DNA from: Armatimonadota bacterium | GTDB taxonomy: Bacteria; Armatimonadota; UBA10988 | Assembly: GCA_016235455.1 (NCBI GenBank) | Contig: JACRKZ010000185.1 | Coordinates: forward strand, 1 to 35,628 | Length of the DNA stretch: 35,628 bases | Direction of reading: 5' to 3' | Part shown: positions 24,610 through 34,000 of the stretch, one piece after another | Layout: each line of letters opens with the position of its first letter | How positions within the stretch are numbered: the first letter of the stretch is position 1 | The notes under the pieces: model-generated | Told to the model about the DNA's origin: nothing | Seen by the model: only the letters and a program-made list of their open reading frames with translations | Databases searched by the model: none | Translations under genes and position numbers: made by a program

Positions 24610-27600
24610 CTACCCTCGCGCCTTGGCCGCCAACGCCGCGGGCACCGCGGCTTCGAGTTGTGGATCACGGCCCGCCGCCTCGTCCGCCGGCGTGATGGGC
24701 ACCTTGACCGCGGGTTGGGCCGGATTGCCCTCCAGGTTCATGCCGTCGGTCACGCGGTACCAGCCACGGCCCGGCAGGCGCAGCGTGGCGCCGTCGAGCA
24801 GGCGACGACTGCCGGTACTGATGACGCCGCCGTTGGTCGGCCAGCCGATGGTCGGACCCAGGCCCAGCGTGTTGAAGGCGTGCGTCAGGATCTCTGCGTT
24901 GGACACCGAGTACTGGTTGCACAGCAGCGCCACCGGTCCGCTGAAGGCCGGCGCCAGCAGACGCGAGCCGGGATAGCCGCGCACGCCGTCGCGTGGCAGG
25001 GCGTAGGCGTGGGGCGGCACGTTCAGCATGCCCAGGATGCGGTCGGCCGTGCTGCCGCCGCCGTTGAAGCGCACATCGATGAGCAGGGCCTTCTTGCCAT
25101 CACCCGCGGCGAACAGATCGCGCTCGAAGGTGGCCAGGCTGGCGTCATCCATGGAGCGGATATGCAGGTAGCCCACCTGCCCGCCGCTGAGCCGGTCGAC
25201 CAACTCGCGGCGCGAGCGCACCCAGGCGCGGTACTGCACCTGCGGCAGCGCCGACGGCGCCATGGGCCGGATACTCACCGTGCGCGCCTGGCCGTCTGGC
25301 GCGGTCACGGCCAGTTCCACCTGCTTGTCCACCGTGCCCAGCAGCAACTCGTCGAGGTTGGTACTGGCGGCGATGGCCCGGCCGTCGCAGGCCGTGACGC
25401 GGTCGCCGTGGTTGAGCCGCGACGCGACGCGCGCCGCGGGCGATTCGGGGTACACCGACTCCACGGTCAGGCCCGGCGCCGAGCGGTCATCAGACCAGAC
25501 CACACCCAACTCGCCCGCCAGCACCCCGCTGACCGGTGCGCCGTCGTGCCCGAAGCCCTGGTGCGAGCTGTTCAGCTCGCCGAGCATCTCGTTGACCACC
25601 ACATCGAACTCGCCCTGGCTGGGCGCCGCCGCGGCGATGGGCCGGTACTTGGCCAGCATGGCCGGCCAGTCGACGCCGTGCATCTGTGGGTCGTAGAACT
25701 CGTCGCGCATGGTGCGCCAGGCCGATTCGAGGATGTAGGCCCGCTCGTCGCGCAGCGTGCGGTGGATGCTGGCCTCGAACTCGGTGAACTGCGGCGCGCC
25801 ACCGGCCGCGGGCACCGTGCCGACCTGGCCCGGCGCGCGCAGGAAGCGCAGCTTCTTGCCATCGGGCGACCACGATACGCCGTACGGCGCCACGCCCGTG
25901 GTCAGCCGGCGGGGCGACTTGCCGGTCCACTTGACGCAGAACAGGTCGCGCTGGCCTTCCACCAGCCCTGTGTAGGCAAACTCCTCGCCGTCGGGCGACG
26001 CGGCCAGGTCGGCCTCGTCGGTGATGGTGTTGGTCAGCCGCACCAGGCGTTCCCACAGCCCGTCGAGGTCGATCTCGATGGGCTTGACCGCGGGCTCCTT
26101 CGGGGTGGCCTCGGGCTTGGCGGGCTTGGGCCGGTCGGCGGCGTCGTCCTCCGCGGCACGTCGGTCGGCCTCGGTGCGCTCGGCATCGGCCGCGCGCAGC
26201 CAGACGAAGTAGGCATCGGCCTGATCGCCCTCGCGCCGGCTCAGGAACCCGAGCTTGGAGCCGTCGCCCGACCAGGTCGGGGCGTAGTCGAAGCCAGGGT
26301 GGCGGCTGACGTTGGTGCTTGGCCCGCCAGTCGCCGCGACGATGAAGACGTCGGTGTTCTCGTTCTGGTCGGCGCGCGAGTAGGCCAGGAAGCGGCTGTC
26401 AGGCGACCAGACCGCGCTGGGCCAACTCCAGCCCGGCGCGACGACGGTCTCCTTGCCCAGCGCGCCGTCGGCGCCCAGTTCGGCCACCACCAGATCGCCG
26501 CGCCCGCGCACGAAGGCCACCTTCTTGCCGTCGGGCGAGACTTGCGCCTCGCGTTCGCGCAGCGGCGCGGTGGTGCGCTGGACCAGCGCCGGCTTGACCG
26601 CGCGGCGCAGGCGCGGGTCCTCTTTGCTGCCGCTGCTCAGGCTGAACAGGTCGTCGTTGCCGGCGCGGTCGCTGTGGAACCACAGCGTGGCACTATCGGC
26701 CGACCAGCTCAACCCACCCTCGTCGCACGGCGTGTCGGTCAATTGCGTGGTGGGCCCGCCTTCGGGATAGCGCGTGATGTACACGTCACCGCGTACCACG
26801 AGCGCGATCTCCCTGCCGTTGGGTGACACGGCATACTCGCCGCAGCCGTCGCGCTGCGTGCGCCAGATCTCGCCGGGCTCGGTGCGGTCGCCAGGGCCGG
26901 TCAACTCGATGCGCTCCGGCTTGCCGTCGGGCAGTCGCAAGCGCCACAGCGCCTTCTCGCACTCGTAGACCACGCTCTTGCCGTCGGCGGACACGCTGGG
27001 GTCGGCCGCGGGCTCGGTGTGCTGGGTCAGCCGTTCGGCCTGCTGGCTGTCGACGCTCTGGCGCCAGAGGTTGGCACTGCCCTCGCGCTCGCTGACAAAC
27101 AGCACGTCCTTGGCCGACAGCCACTGCGGATCGGTGTCGACACCGGCATTGCTGGTCAACTGCTGCCAGGCGGCGGCACCCAGGTTGTAGACCCAGATGT
27201 CCTCGGCGGCCGGCCCGTTGTACCGGCGGCGCGTGCCCGTGGAGGCGCCGCGCACGCAGGCGAACCGCGCGCCGTCGGGTGACAGCACACCGCCGGATGT
27301 CTCGGCTCGATGCAGGCGCGTGGGCATACCGCCAGTGACCGGCACCAGCCAGTCGCCCCGGCCGGGCCCCATGGCGTAGCCCGCGCGCCGCGAACCGAAT
27401 ACCACCGCACGGCTGTCGGGCGTGAAGCCGCGCACCGTCTCGCTGCCGCCGTGGAAGGTCAGGCGCCGTGGCTCACCCCCGGCCGCCAACTGGATCCACA
27501 CGTCCATGCTGCCCGCCCGCAGTGACGAGAAGGCCAGCCACTTGCCGTCGGGCGACCACGCCGGCCGCAGGTCATCGGCGAGATGGGTGGTCAGCGGCCG

Positions 27601-27771
27601 GCACGGCCCGCCGGCCACCGGCCCAACCCAGATATCGCCCAGCCAGGCGAAGGCCACCTGGCTGCCATCGGGCGAGACGGCCGGATAGTGCGCATAGCGC
27701 ACCGGCACCTGCGCCGACGCGGCGGCGGCCAGCACCAAGCCCAGCAGCGCTGCCCGCAGCCGCGCGGGCAT
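24610..27771 (-). CDS. Tricorn-like S41 protease with PD40 beta-propeller repeats and PDZ domain
   Basis: Signal peptide, many SPDG/WSPD repeats, MLGELNSSH, GYLHIRSM, IDVRFNGGG, SVSNAEIL (catalytic Ser) and GGVIST. Confidence 0.93.
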   Translation of the reverse strand: MPARLRAALLGLVLAAAASAQVPVRYAHYPAVSPDGSQVAFAWLGDIWVGPVAGGPCRPLTTHLADDLRPAWSPDGKWLAFSSLRAGSMDVWIQLAAGGEPRRLTFHGGSETVRGFTPDSRAVVFGSRRAGYAMGPGRGDWLVPVTGGMPTRLHRAETSGGVLSPDGARFACVRGASTGTRRRYNGPAAEDIWVYNLGAAAWQQLTSNAGVDTDPQWLSAKDVLFVSEREGSANLWRQSVDSQQAERLTQHTEPAADPSVSADGKSVVYECEKALWRLRLPDGKPERIELTGPGDRTEPGEIWRTQRDGCGEYAVSPNGREIALVVRGDVYITRYPEGGPTTQLTDTPCDEGGLSWSADSATLWFHSDRAGNDDLFSLSSGSKEDPRLRRAVKPALVQRTTAPLREREAQVSPDGKKVAFVRGRGDLVVAELGADGALGKETVVAPGWSWPSAVWSPDSRFLAYSRADQNENTDVFIVAATGGPSTNVSRHPGFDYAPTWSGDGSKLGFLSRREGDQADAYFVWLRAADAERTEADRRAAEDDAADRPKPAKPEATPKEPAVKPIEIDLDGLWERLVRLTNTITDEADLAASPDGEEFAYTGLVEGQRDLFCVKWTGKSPRRLTTGVAPYGVSWSPDGKKLRFLRAPGQVGTVPAAGGAPQFTEFEASIHRTLRDERAYILESAWRTMRDEFYDPQMHGVDWPAMLAKYRPIAAAAPSQGEFDVVVNEMLGELNSSHQGFGHDGAPVSGVLAGELGVVWSDDRSAPGLTVESVYPESPAARVASRLNHGDRVTACDGRAIAASTNLDELLLGTVDKQVELAVTAPDGQARTVSIRPMAPSALPQVQYRAWVRSRRELVDRLSGGQVGYLHIRSMDDASLATFERDLFAAGDGKKALLIDVRFNGGGSTADRILGMLNVPPHAYALPRDGVRGYPGSRLLAPAFSGPVALLCNQYSVSNAEILTHAFNTLGLGPTIGWPTNGGVISTGSRRLLDGATLRLPGRGWYRVTDGMNLEGNPAQPAVKVPITPADEAAGRDPQLEAAVPAALAAKARG

Positions 27772-28730
27772 CAGCCAGCACCGCCCGCGGCGGGCGGGTT
27801 CTTGGGCTGATCGGTCTTGGGCGCGTCGGCCGGCTTGGGCTGCTTGGCGGCGCGATCAGCGCGCTGCAGCAGGCGCTCGGCGAACAACTTCCAGTCAGCC
27901 TTGGGGAAGACGCCCTGCACCTGCGCCTTGCCCTTCTGCTTGGTCGTGTACTTGACGTAGACAACGTCGCCGACGGCCAGGGCGTCGATCTTGGCGACCT
28001 TGCCGCCCTTGACCACCAGGCCGCCGCGCACCAGGCGGCAGGGCAACGGGTTGGCTTCGCCCTCGACCTGCACCGCGAAGTTGCCCTTGTTGGGCAACTC
28101 GGTCACCTTGGCCTGCACGGTGTGGTCCGAAAGGAAGGCGGTGAAGCTGAGCTTGTCGCCGAGCGCCTTGAGGCTGTCGACGCGACCGGCATGCCGGATC
28201 TGAACCATGACCTTGTCGCCCACCTTGTAGGCATCGATCTTGGCGGCATCGCCGTCCTTGAGGATGACGGCGGTGACCGGCATGGTCAGCGTGCGCTTCT
28301 TGCCCGCGGCCGTGGTCACGCTCAGCGTGGCCGGCTTCCGGCCCTCGGCCGCGGCGATCTGGTCGATGGTGGCCTCGACGCCGTTCAGCTCATCGGCGGC
28401 GATGGCGATGCTCTTCTCGTCGAGCACGGCGCTGGCCAGGAAGGGCTGGTCGCCCTCCTTGCGGTAGGAGGCCTGCGCCCTGGCGCCAACCTTGAGCGCA
28501 TCGAGCCGGCCGGGATCGCCGTCGACCATCACGCGCACGGTCTTGTCCGTGCGCAGCTTGATCTCGCCAGCCTCGCCCTTGATGGTGAGTGTGCCCGCCG
28601 CCGCGTCGAGCGCAGTGACTTCGCCGGTCACCTGGGCCTGCGCCACGCGCGCGGCCGCCGGCTTGTCAGCGGCTGCCTGGCCGAACGCCAGAGACACCGT
28701 AAGAGCCACGAAGCAGAGCATCCGCCACAT
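27771..28730 (-). CDS. Exported protein with three tandem OB-fold-like (DUF5666-like) repeats
   Basis: Signal peptide, then repeats ending RLDALKVGARAQASY / KIDAYKVGDKVMVQI / KIDALAVGDVVYVKY. AGGAG RBS; stop overlaps the tricorn ATG. Confidence 0.75.
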   Translation of the reverse strand: MWRMLCFVALTVSLAFGQAAADKPAAARVAQAQVTGEVTALDAAAGTLTIKGEAGEIKLRTDKTVRVMVDGDPGRLDALKVGARAQASYRKEGDQPFLASAVLDEKSIAIAADELNGVEATIDQIAAAEGRKPATLSVTTAAGKKRTLTMPVTAVILKDGDAAKIDAYKVGDKVMVQIRHAGRVDSLKALGDKLSFTAFLSDHTVQAKVTELPNKGNFAVQVEGEANPLPCRLVRGGLVVKGGKVAKIDALAVGDVVYVKYTTKQKGKAQVQGVFPKADWKLFAERLLQRADRAAKQPKPADAPKTDQPKNPPAAGGAG

Positions 28731-28931
28731 CGTCGAATCTCCTGTCTGCCGCTCAGTGTAGTGTTCCAGCCCCGCCGGCGTCAAAGGGAGCTACCGCGAG
28801 GGTGCGCGCCGCGGCTGTCCCCCGCTCGCCTGAGCGGCCGTGCCGGCGGCGGCGCGACCGAGGGCCCACTCTGGCGGTGGCCGGCTTCGGCGGCTTGGGA
28901 TACAATGGTCGGCCCTAGGGAGAGTGAGTCC

Positions 28932-29990
28932 ATGGCGGACACGGTGAATTTCGCAGTGCTGGGCGTCGGCGTGCCGAACCAGAATCTGGGCGGCCATGCA
29001 GTCTACAACGGCATCGGTGAGGTGCACGCGCACTTCATCAGCGAAACGCCAGGCGCTCGCCTCGTCGCTTGCTGCGACAAGAACGCCGACAACGGCCGCG
29101 CCTATGCCGCCAAGTTCGGCTGTGACTTCGTGGGCGACTACGCCGAGCTGCTGGCGCGCGACGACATCGACGCGGTCAGCATCTGCACCCCCTCGGGCCT
29201 GCACGGCGAGCACGCCATTGCCGCGGCGCGCGCCGGCAAGCATGTCGTGGTCGAGAAGCCGCTGGAGATCACCCTGGCCAAGGTCGACGCCCTGCTGGCG
29301 GCCGTCCGCGAGTCGGGCACCAAGGGTGTCATCGTCTTCCCCACGCGCTACTACCGCGGCATGAACGTGGTGCGCGACGCGCTGGCCGAGGGTCGCTTCG
29401 GCACACCGGCCATGCTCAACGCCATGTGCCGCCGCCACCGTGACGACGTCTACTACCAAGGCTGGCGCGGCACCTGGCGGTTCGACGGCGGCGGCGCGTG
29501 CATGAACCAGGGCATCCACATGATCGATGCCGCGCTCTACCTCATGGACGATGTCGACACCGTCCAGGCACGCTGGGGCACCATCGGCCACGACAAAGAG
29601 TTGTGCGAAGTGGAAGATACGGCCGTGGCGGTGCTCACCTTCCGCCGTGGCACCATCGGCATGATCCAGTGCACCACCTGCGCCTACCCCGACCATGGTG
29701 AGCGCATCGACGTGCATGCCATGAAGGGCAGCGCCTCGCTGGCCGGCAGCAAGTTCCTCTCGTGGCAGATGGATGAGCCTGGCTTCGAGTTCGACCCGGC
29801 CGCCTACGCCGAGCGCGACGAGGAGTTCACCGGGCACCGCCTGCTGTACGGCGAGGTGGTCCCCTACTTCCGCGACGGCACGCCGTGCCGCTGCGAGATC
29901 AGCACCGGCCGTCGGTCCATTGCGCTGATCGAGGCCATCTACGAGTCGGCGCGGCGCGGGGGCGAGATTGTGCGGCCGGTGCTCGACTGA
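28932..29990 (+). CDS. Gfo/Idh/MocA family oxidoreductase
   Basis: IDAVSICTPSGLH, AGKHVVVEKPL, WRGTWRFDGGGACMNQGIHMID and EVEDTAVA. GGGAG precedes ATG 28932, with TACAAT at 28901-28906. Confidence 0.92.
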   Translation: MADTVNFAVLGVGVPNQNLGGHAVYNGIGEVHAHFISETPGARLVACCDKNADNGRAYAAKFGCDFVGDYAELLARDDIDAVSICTPSGLHGEHAIAAARAGKHVVVEKPLEITLAKVDALLAAVRESGTKGVIVFPTRYYRGMNVVRDALAEGRFGTPAMLNAMCRRHRDDVYYQGWRGTWRFDGGGACMNQGIHMIDAALYLMDDVDTVQARWGTIGHDKELCEVEDTAVAVLTFRRGTIGMIQCTTCAYPDHGERIDVHAMKGSASLAGSKFLSWQMDEPGFEFDPAAYAERDEEFTGHRLLYGEVVPYFRDGTPCRCEISTGRRSIALIEAIYESARRGGEIVRPVLD

Positions 29991-30005
29991 GCGCCGGTCG
30001 ACGAG

Positions 30006-30788
30006 CTAGACCACCAGCGGATGCTCGTGGTGGATGTCGAACACCGAGCCGGTGACCAGTTCGCTGTCGTCGCTCAGCAGGTAGCTGATGACCACGGCGA
30101 TGTCGCGTGGCGACAGCAGCCGGCCGAACGGGTTGGCGCGCGCCGCCATGTCCATGACGTCGGGGCTCTGACCGAGCGTCTGTAGCAACTCGCGCTCGCC
30201 GGGCGTATCCACCCAGCCGGGATTGACCACGTTGACGCGGATGCGATCGCCGATGTACTCGACCGCCATCTGCCGACTGAGCATGAGTAGCGCGCCGCGA
30301 CTGGCGCAGTAGGCGGCCATGTTGCGCTTGGGCAGCGCGGTGTGCGCCGAGCCGATGTGGACGATGCTGCCACCGCCCTGGGCCTGCATGAGGGGGATGG
30401 CGGCCTTGGCCAGCAGGAAGGCCGCGGTGACGTTGGTGTCCAGGACCGCATGCCAGTCGTCGATGGAGGTGTCGATGACCGTGCCGCGCCGGCTCAGACC
30501 GGCGTTGTGCACCATGCCATCCAGCCGGCCGTAATGGCCGTGGGCCTGCTCGATGAGCTGTTCGCAGCGCGCCGGATCGGTCACGTCGACCGGCAGGAAG
30601 ATGGCCTCGCCGCCCTGGGCGACGATGTCGGCGGCCACCTGCTCGCCGAGGGCCACGCGTCGGCCCGCCACGATGACATGGGCACCCTCGGCGGCGAGAT
30701 GGCGTGCAATACCCTCGCCGATGCCCGAGGTGCCCCCGGTCACCAAACAGACCTTGCCCGCCACGCGGCCGGACTCAGTCGTCGTCAT
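30006..30788 (-). CDS. SDR family NAD(P)-dependent oxidoreductase
   Basis: VTGGTSGIG, HNAG, GGSIVHIGS, YCASR, IRVNVVNPGWVDT and VTGS. Confidence 0.93.
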   Translation of the reverse strand: MTTTESGRVAGKVCLVTGGTSGIGEGIARHLAAEGAHVIVAGRRVALGEQVAADIVAQGGEAIFLPVDVTDPARCEQLIEQAHGHYGRLDGMVHNAGLSRRGTVIDTSIDDWHAVLDTNVTAAFLLAKAAIPLMQAQGGGSIVHIGSAHTALPKRNMAAYCASRGALLMLSRQMAVEYIGDRIRVNVVNPGWVDTPGERELLQTLGQSPDVMDMAARANPFGRLLSPRDIAVVISYLLSDDSELVTGSVFDIHHEHPLVV

Positions 30789-31581
30789 CGCCGCTTTCCA
30801 CCGCGTCGCGCTGCTCCTGGTCGTCGTGCCAGAGCTGCGGCCGAGCCTCGCCCGCCCAGAACAGGATGGTGTTGCAGTTCTCGCACTGCTGCACCCGCTG
30901 GCGGAGCTGGAGGTGGCGCAGCATGTAGCTGGTCAACTGCGTGCGGCAGGCGGTGCAGACATCGTCGGTCACACGCACCACGCCGGGGTCGCCGCGGCGG
31001 CTGCGGATCATCTCGTAGCGGTCCAGCAGGATGGCGTTGACCTGGGCCGCGTGTTCCTTGCGCTGCACGTGCAGGGCACGCAGTTCAGCGTCGATGCCCT
31101 TGACCTGCCCGGCAAACTGCGCCCGCACTTCGGCCAACTCGCCCTGCAGCTCGTTGACCGTGCGCTGCTCGTCTTCCACCTGATGCTCGAGCGGCTCGAT
31201 GCGGTTGTCCAGGTCGAGCAACTCGACGGCGATGGCGTCCAGCCGCGTGGCCGTGGACTGCAGGTCGAGCTGCAAGGCCTCGGCTTCGTGCTGGCTGGGC
31301 ATCTCCTGCCACAGGCGATGCTGGTTGCGCTCACGCCGCTCCTGCAAGGAGTCGCGCTCCAGCCGCCGGTCGACCTGGCGGCCACGCAGGTCGCTCAGCC
31401 GCGCGTTGGCCTCGGCCAGTCGGCTCTCGGCGCGCTGCAGGTCGCTGGTCTTGCCCGACCCGTCGTCAATCTGCGCGCGCTCATCGAGCAGCAAGCCGAT
31501 GCGCAGGTCAATGCCCTGCAGTTCGTGCAGCTTCGGCAGCTCTTCGATGAGCGCCGCTTCGTCCACATCGTGGGTTCTCAT
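30775..31581 (-). CDS. Coiled-coil protein with C4 zinc ribbon (DUF164 / zf-RING_7 type)
   Basis: LHELQGIDLRI, long coiled coil, LLDRYEMIR and CTAC...CENCNTILF. Sits in the usual position downstream of nif3. Confidence 0.88.
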   Translation of the reverse strand: MRTHDVDEAALIEELPKLHELQGIDLRIGLLLDERAQIDDGSGKTSDLQRAESRLAEANARLSDLRGRQVDRRLERDSLQERRERNQHRLWQEMPSQHEAEALQLDLQSTATRLDAIAVELLDLDNRIEPLEHQVEDEQRTVNELQGELAEVRAQFAGQVKGIDAELRALHVQRKEHAAQVNAILLDRYEMIRSRRGDPGVVRVTDDVCTACRTQLTSYMLRHLQLRQRVQQCENCNTILFWAGEARPQLWHDDQEQRDAVESGDDDD

Positions 31582-32693
31582 CCGCCAGGCCTCCGCGCGA
31601 ACGGCTCTCCGTCCACGCTGGTCTCGGTCACCATCAGGTCCGGGAATTCAGACGACAAGAACGCCGCCGTCCGCCCGATCACCAACCGTTCGCTCGCAAA
31701 ATGTCCCGGGTCCACCAGAGCCAGACCCAACCGCGCCGCCAGCAGCGCGTCGTGATGCTTCACATCACCCGTCACCAGCACATCGGCCCCAGCCTGGGCC
31801 GCATGGGCCACAAAGCTCGCGCCGCTGCCGCCGACGATGGCCACCCGCCGCACCGGCCGCCGCCAGTCGCCGACCACCCGTGGGTGGGCCGCCTGCGTCA
31901 CGCGCGTCACACGCTCGGCCAGCTCGCTCAGCGTCACCGGCTCAGCCAGCTCGGCCACGCGACCCATGCCAATCGATGCCGGCTCAGCCGGCTCCGTCGC
32001 GTAGACGTCGTAGGCCACCTCCTCGTAGGGATGGGCCACACGCAACGCCGCCGTCACCGCCGCCAGATCGGCTCGCGACACGACCATCTCCAGCCGGTCC
32101 TCGGCCACCCGCTCAAGCCGACCGGCTGTGCCGACCGCCGGCCGCGCGCCGTCCAGGCCGCGGAAGGCGCCCGTACCCGCCACGCGGAAACTGCACTCGG
32201 CGTAGTCGCCGATGCGCCCCGCACCCGCGCTGGCCATGGCCGCCGCCACCGCGTCCGTGGACGCCGTCGGCACGAAGGTGACCACCTTGAGCGCGCCGGC
32301 CGCCGGCCGCGGCACCAGCGGGCCGCGGACAGTCAGGCCCAGCGCCTCCGCCAGGAAGTCACTCGTGCCCGGACTCACATTGTCAAGGGCTGTATGCGTG
32401 GCATACAGGCTGCGCCGCTCGCTCGCCGCCCGCCAGATCAAACGGCTGGCAGGCTCATCGGCCACCACGCGCGCCAGTGGTGAGAAGATCGGTGGATGGA
32501 AGGCCACGACCATCTCAGCGGCGAGCGCGGCCGCCTCGTCGAGCACCGCGTCGGTCAGGTCGAGGGTCGTCAGCACATGACGGACCGGCTGACCGGGATC
32601 ACCGAGCAGCAAGCCGACATTGTCCCACGACTCGGCCAACCGCGGCGGCGCCCAGCGGGCCAGAGCCGACGACACCTCGCCAACGGTCGTCAT
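31578..32693 (-). CDS. Nif3-like dinuclear metal centre hexameric protein with PII-like insertion
   Basis: AESWDNVGLLLG, FHPPIF, YATHTALD, GAGRIGDYAECSF, HPYEEVAYD, VTGDVKHH and DPGHFASE. Confidence 0.95.
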   Translation of the reverse strand: MTTVGEVSSALARWAPPRLAESWDNVGLLLGDPGQPVRHVLTTLDLTDAVLDEAAALAAEMVVAFHPPIFSPLARVVADEPASRLIWRAASERRSLYATHTALDNVSPGTSDFLAEALGLTVRGPLVPRPAAGALKVVTFVPTASTDAVAAAMASAGAGRIGDYAECSFRVAGTGAFRGLDGARPAVGTAGRLERVAEDRLEMVVSRADLAAVTAALRVAHPYEEVAYDVYATEPAEPASIGMGRVAELAEPVTLSELAERVTRVTQAAHPRVVGDWRRPVRRVAIVGGSGASFVAHAAQAGADVLVTGDVKHHDALLAARLGLALVDPGHFASERLVIGRTAAFLSSEFPDLMVTETSVDGEPFARRPGG

Positions 32694-32723
32694 CGCCTGT
32701 TTTCGCCCCTCGCCAAGCGGCAC

Positions 32724-32752
32724 ATGATAGCCCACGAGCCCCGCAAGGTCAA
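32724..32752 (-). promoter_or_regulatory. sigma70-type promoter for nif3-zinc ribbon-SDR
   Basis: Minus strand TTGACC-N17-TATCAT; the -35 box overlaps the stop codon of the upstream peptidase. Confidence 0.65.
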
Positions 32753-33987
32753 ATCGACGAGGACGGCTCGCCCACCGGGCCGACACTGACCATGGCCAGT
32801 TTGTCGAACGGGCGCTCGGCCAGCAGGGCGTTGCAGTCGTCGACGGTGACCGCGCGCAATCGCTCCAGCCACTCGTCGATGGCCGTGATGCGGCCTCGAT
32901 ACACCCAGTCCATGCCCACGCTGACCAGCCGGCTCAGCGGCGATTCCGCCTGGAACACCGCCGCGCTGCCGAAGCGGCGCTGGGCGCGCTTGACCTCGTC
33001 GGCGGTCAAGCCGTCGCGCTGGGCCCGCTCGAGTTCGGCCTTGTACACTTCCACCGCACGCTCGACGCCCTCCGGCTGGCAGACCAGCACGCCGCTGAAG
33101 GTGCCGTTCTGGTCCTCCTCGTCGTGGTACAGGCCGGCTGACTCGGCCAGGCCGGGGTCGACCAGCGCCCAGTGCAGGCGGCTGGCATCACCCGAGCCGA
33201 TGGCCGCGGCGGCGATGCTGGCGGTCAGGCGCCGGTCATCCTGGGCGGCCAGGCCGGGCGCCATGAGGTACACGTTGACTTGCTGAAACCGGTCATAGCG
33301 CAAGGTTGTGGCACCTACTCCCGCGACCACCGAGGCCAAGTTGCGCGCGGCGCCGCTGGGCGACCAGCCGCCGCAGGCCTTGGCTACCTGGGCGACCGCG
33401 GCGTCCCAGTCATAGCGCCCGCTGAAGGCCAGCGTCAGGTTGTCCGAAGCGTAGCGTCGGTCGAAGTAGTCGGCCATCTGGTCGCGGGTGAGCGCCTTGA
33501 TGCTCTCGTTGGTGCCCAGCACGCGCTGGCCCAGTCCGTGCCCGCCGTAGTGCAGTTCGCGGCAGTGGTCGGCCGCCACGCACAACGGCTGATCGGCGTA
33601 CATAGCGATCTCTTCGAGGATGACGTTTTTCTCCATGTCGAAGTCCGACCCGCGCAGCGCGGGCCGCATCATCTCGGAGAGCAGGCCGAGCAGCCGCTCC
33701 TGATACTCGGGCAGCACCTGGCCGTAGTAGACCGTGTTCTCCTCGGAGGTGAACGCGTTGTAGCGGGCGCCGATGGCGTCGAAGGTCTTGTTGATGTCGT
33801 CGTAGGACAGCCGGTCGGTGCCCTTGAACATCATGTGCTCGAGGAAGTGGCTGACACCGCTTTCGGCGGCCGTCTCGTCGCGCGCGCCGGTGCGGCAGAA
33901 GAAGCCGCAGGCCATGCTCAGCGCCTCCTCGTTGTACTCGCCGACGATGTCCAGGCCGTTGGCCAGCGTGGTGCGGTCGTAGCGCAT
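32749..33987 (-). CDS. M16 (pitrilysin) family zinc peptidase, catalytic subunit
   Basis: GVSHFLEHMMFKGT (HxxEH), NAFTSEENTVYY and EKNVILEEI. GAGGAG precedes ATG 33987. Confidence 0.95.
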   Translation of the reverse strand: MRYDRTTLANGLDIVGEYNEEALSMACGFFCRTGARDETAAESGVSHFLEHMMFKGTDRLSYDDINKTFDAIGARYNAFTSEENTVYYGQVLPEYQERLLGLLSEMMRPALRGSDFDMEKNVILEEIAMYADQPLCVAADHCRELHYGGHGLGQRVLGTNESIKALTRDQMADYFDRRYASDNLTLAFSGRYDWDAAVAQVAKACGGWSPSGAARNLASVVAGVGATTLRYDRFQQVNVYLMAPGLAAQDDRRLTASIAAAAIGSGDASRLHWALVDPGLAESAGLYHDEEDQNGTFSGVLVCQPEGVERAVEVYKAELERAQRDGLTADEVKRAQRRFGSAAVFQAESPLSRLVSVGMDWVYRGRITAIDEWLERLRAVTVDDCNALLAERPFDKLAMVSVGPVGEPSSSI

Positions 33988-34000
33988 GATGGTCTCCTCT

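Noticed and set aside
27468-28931. Apparent long N-terminal extension or fusion on the Gfo/Idh/MocA ORF (840 aa)
   Set aside because: It overlaps two real minus-strand genes; the true start is ATG 28932 with its own SD.
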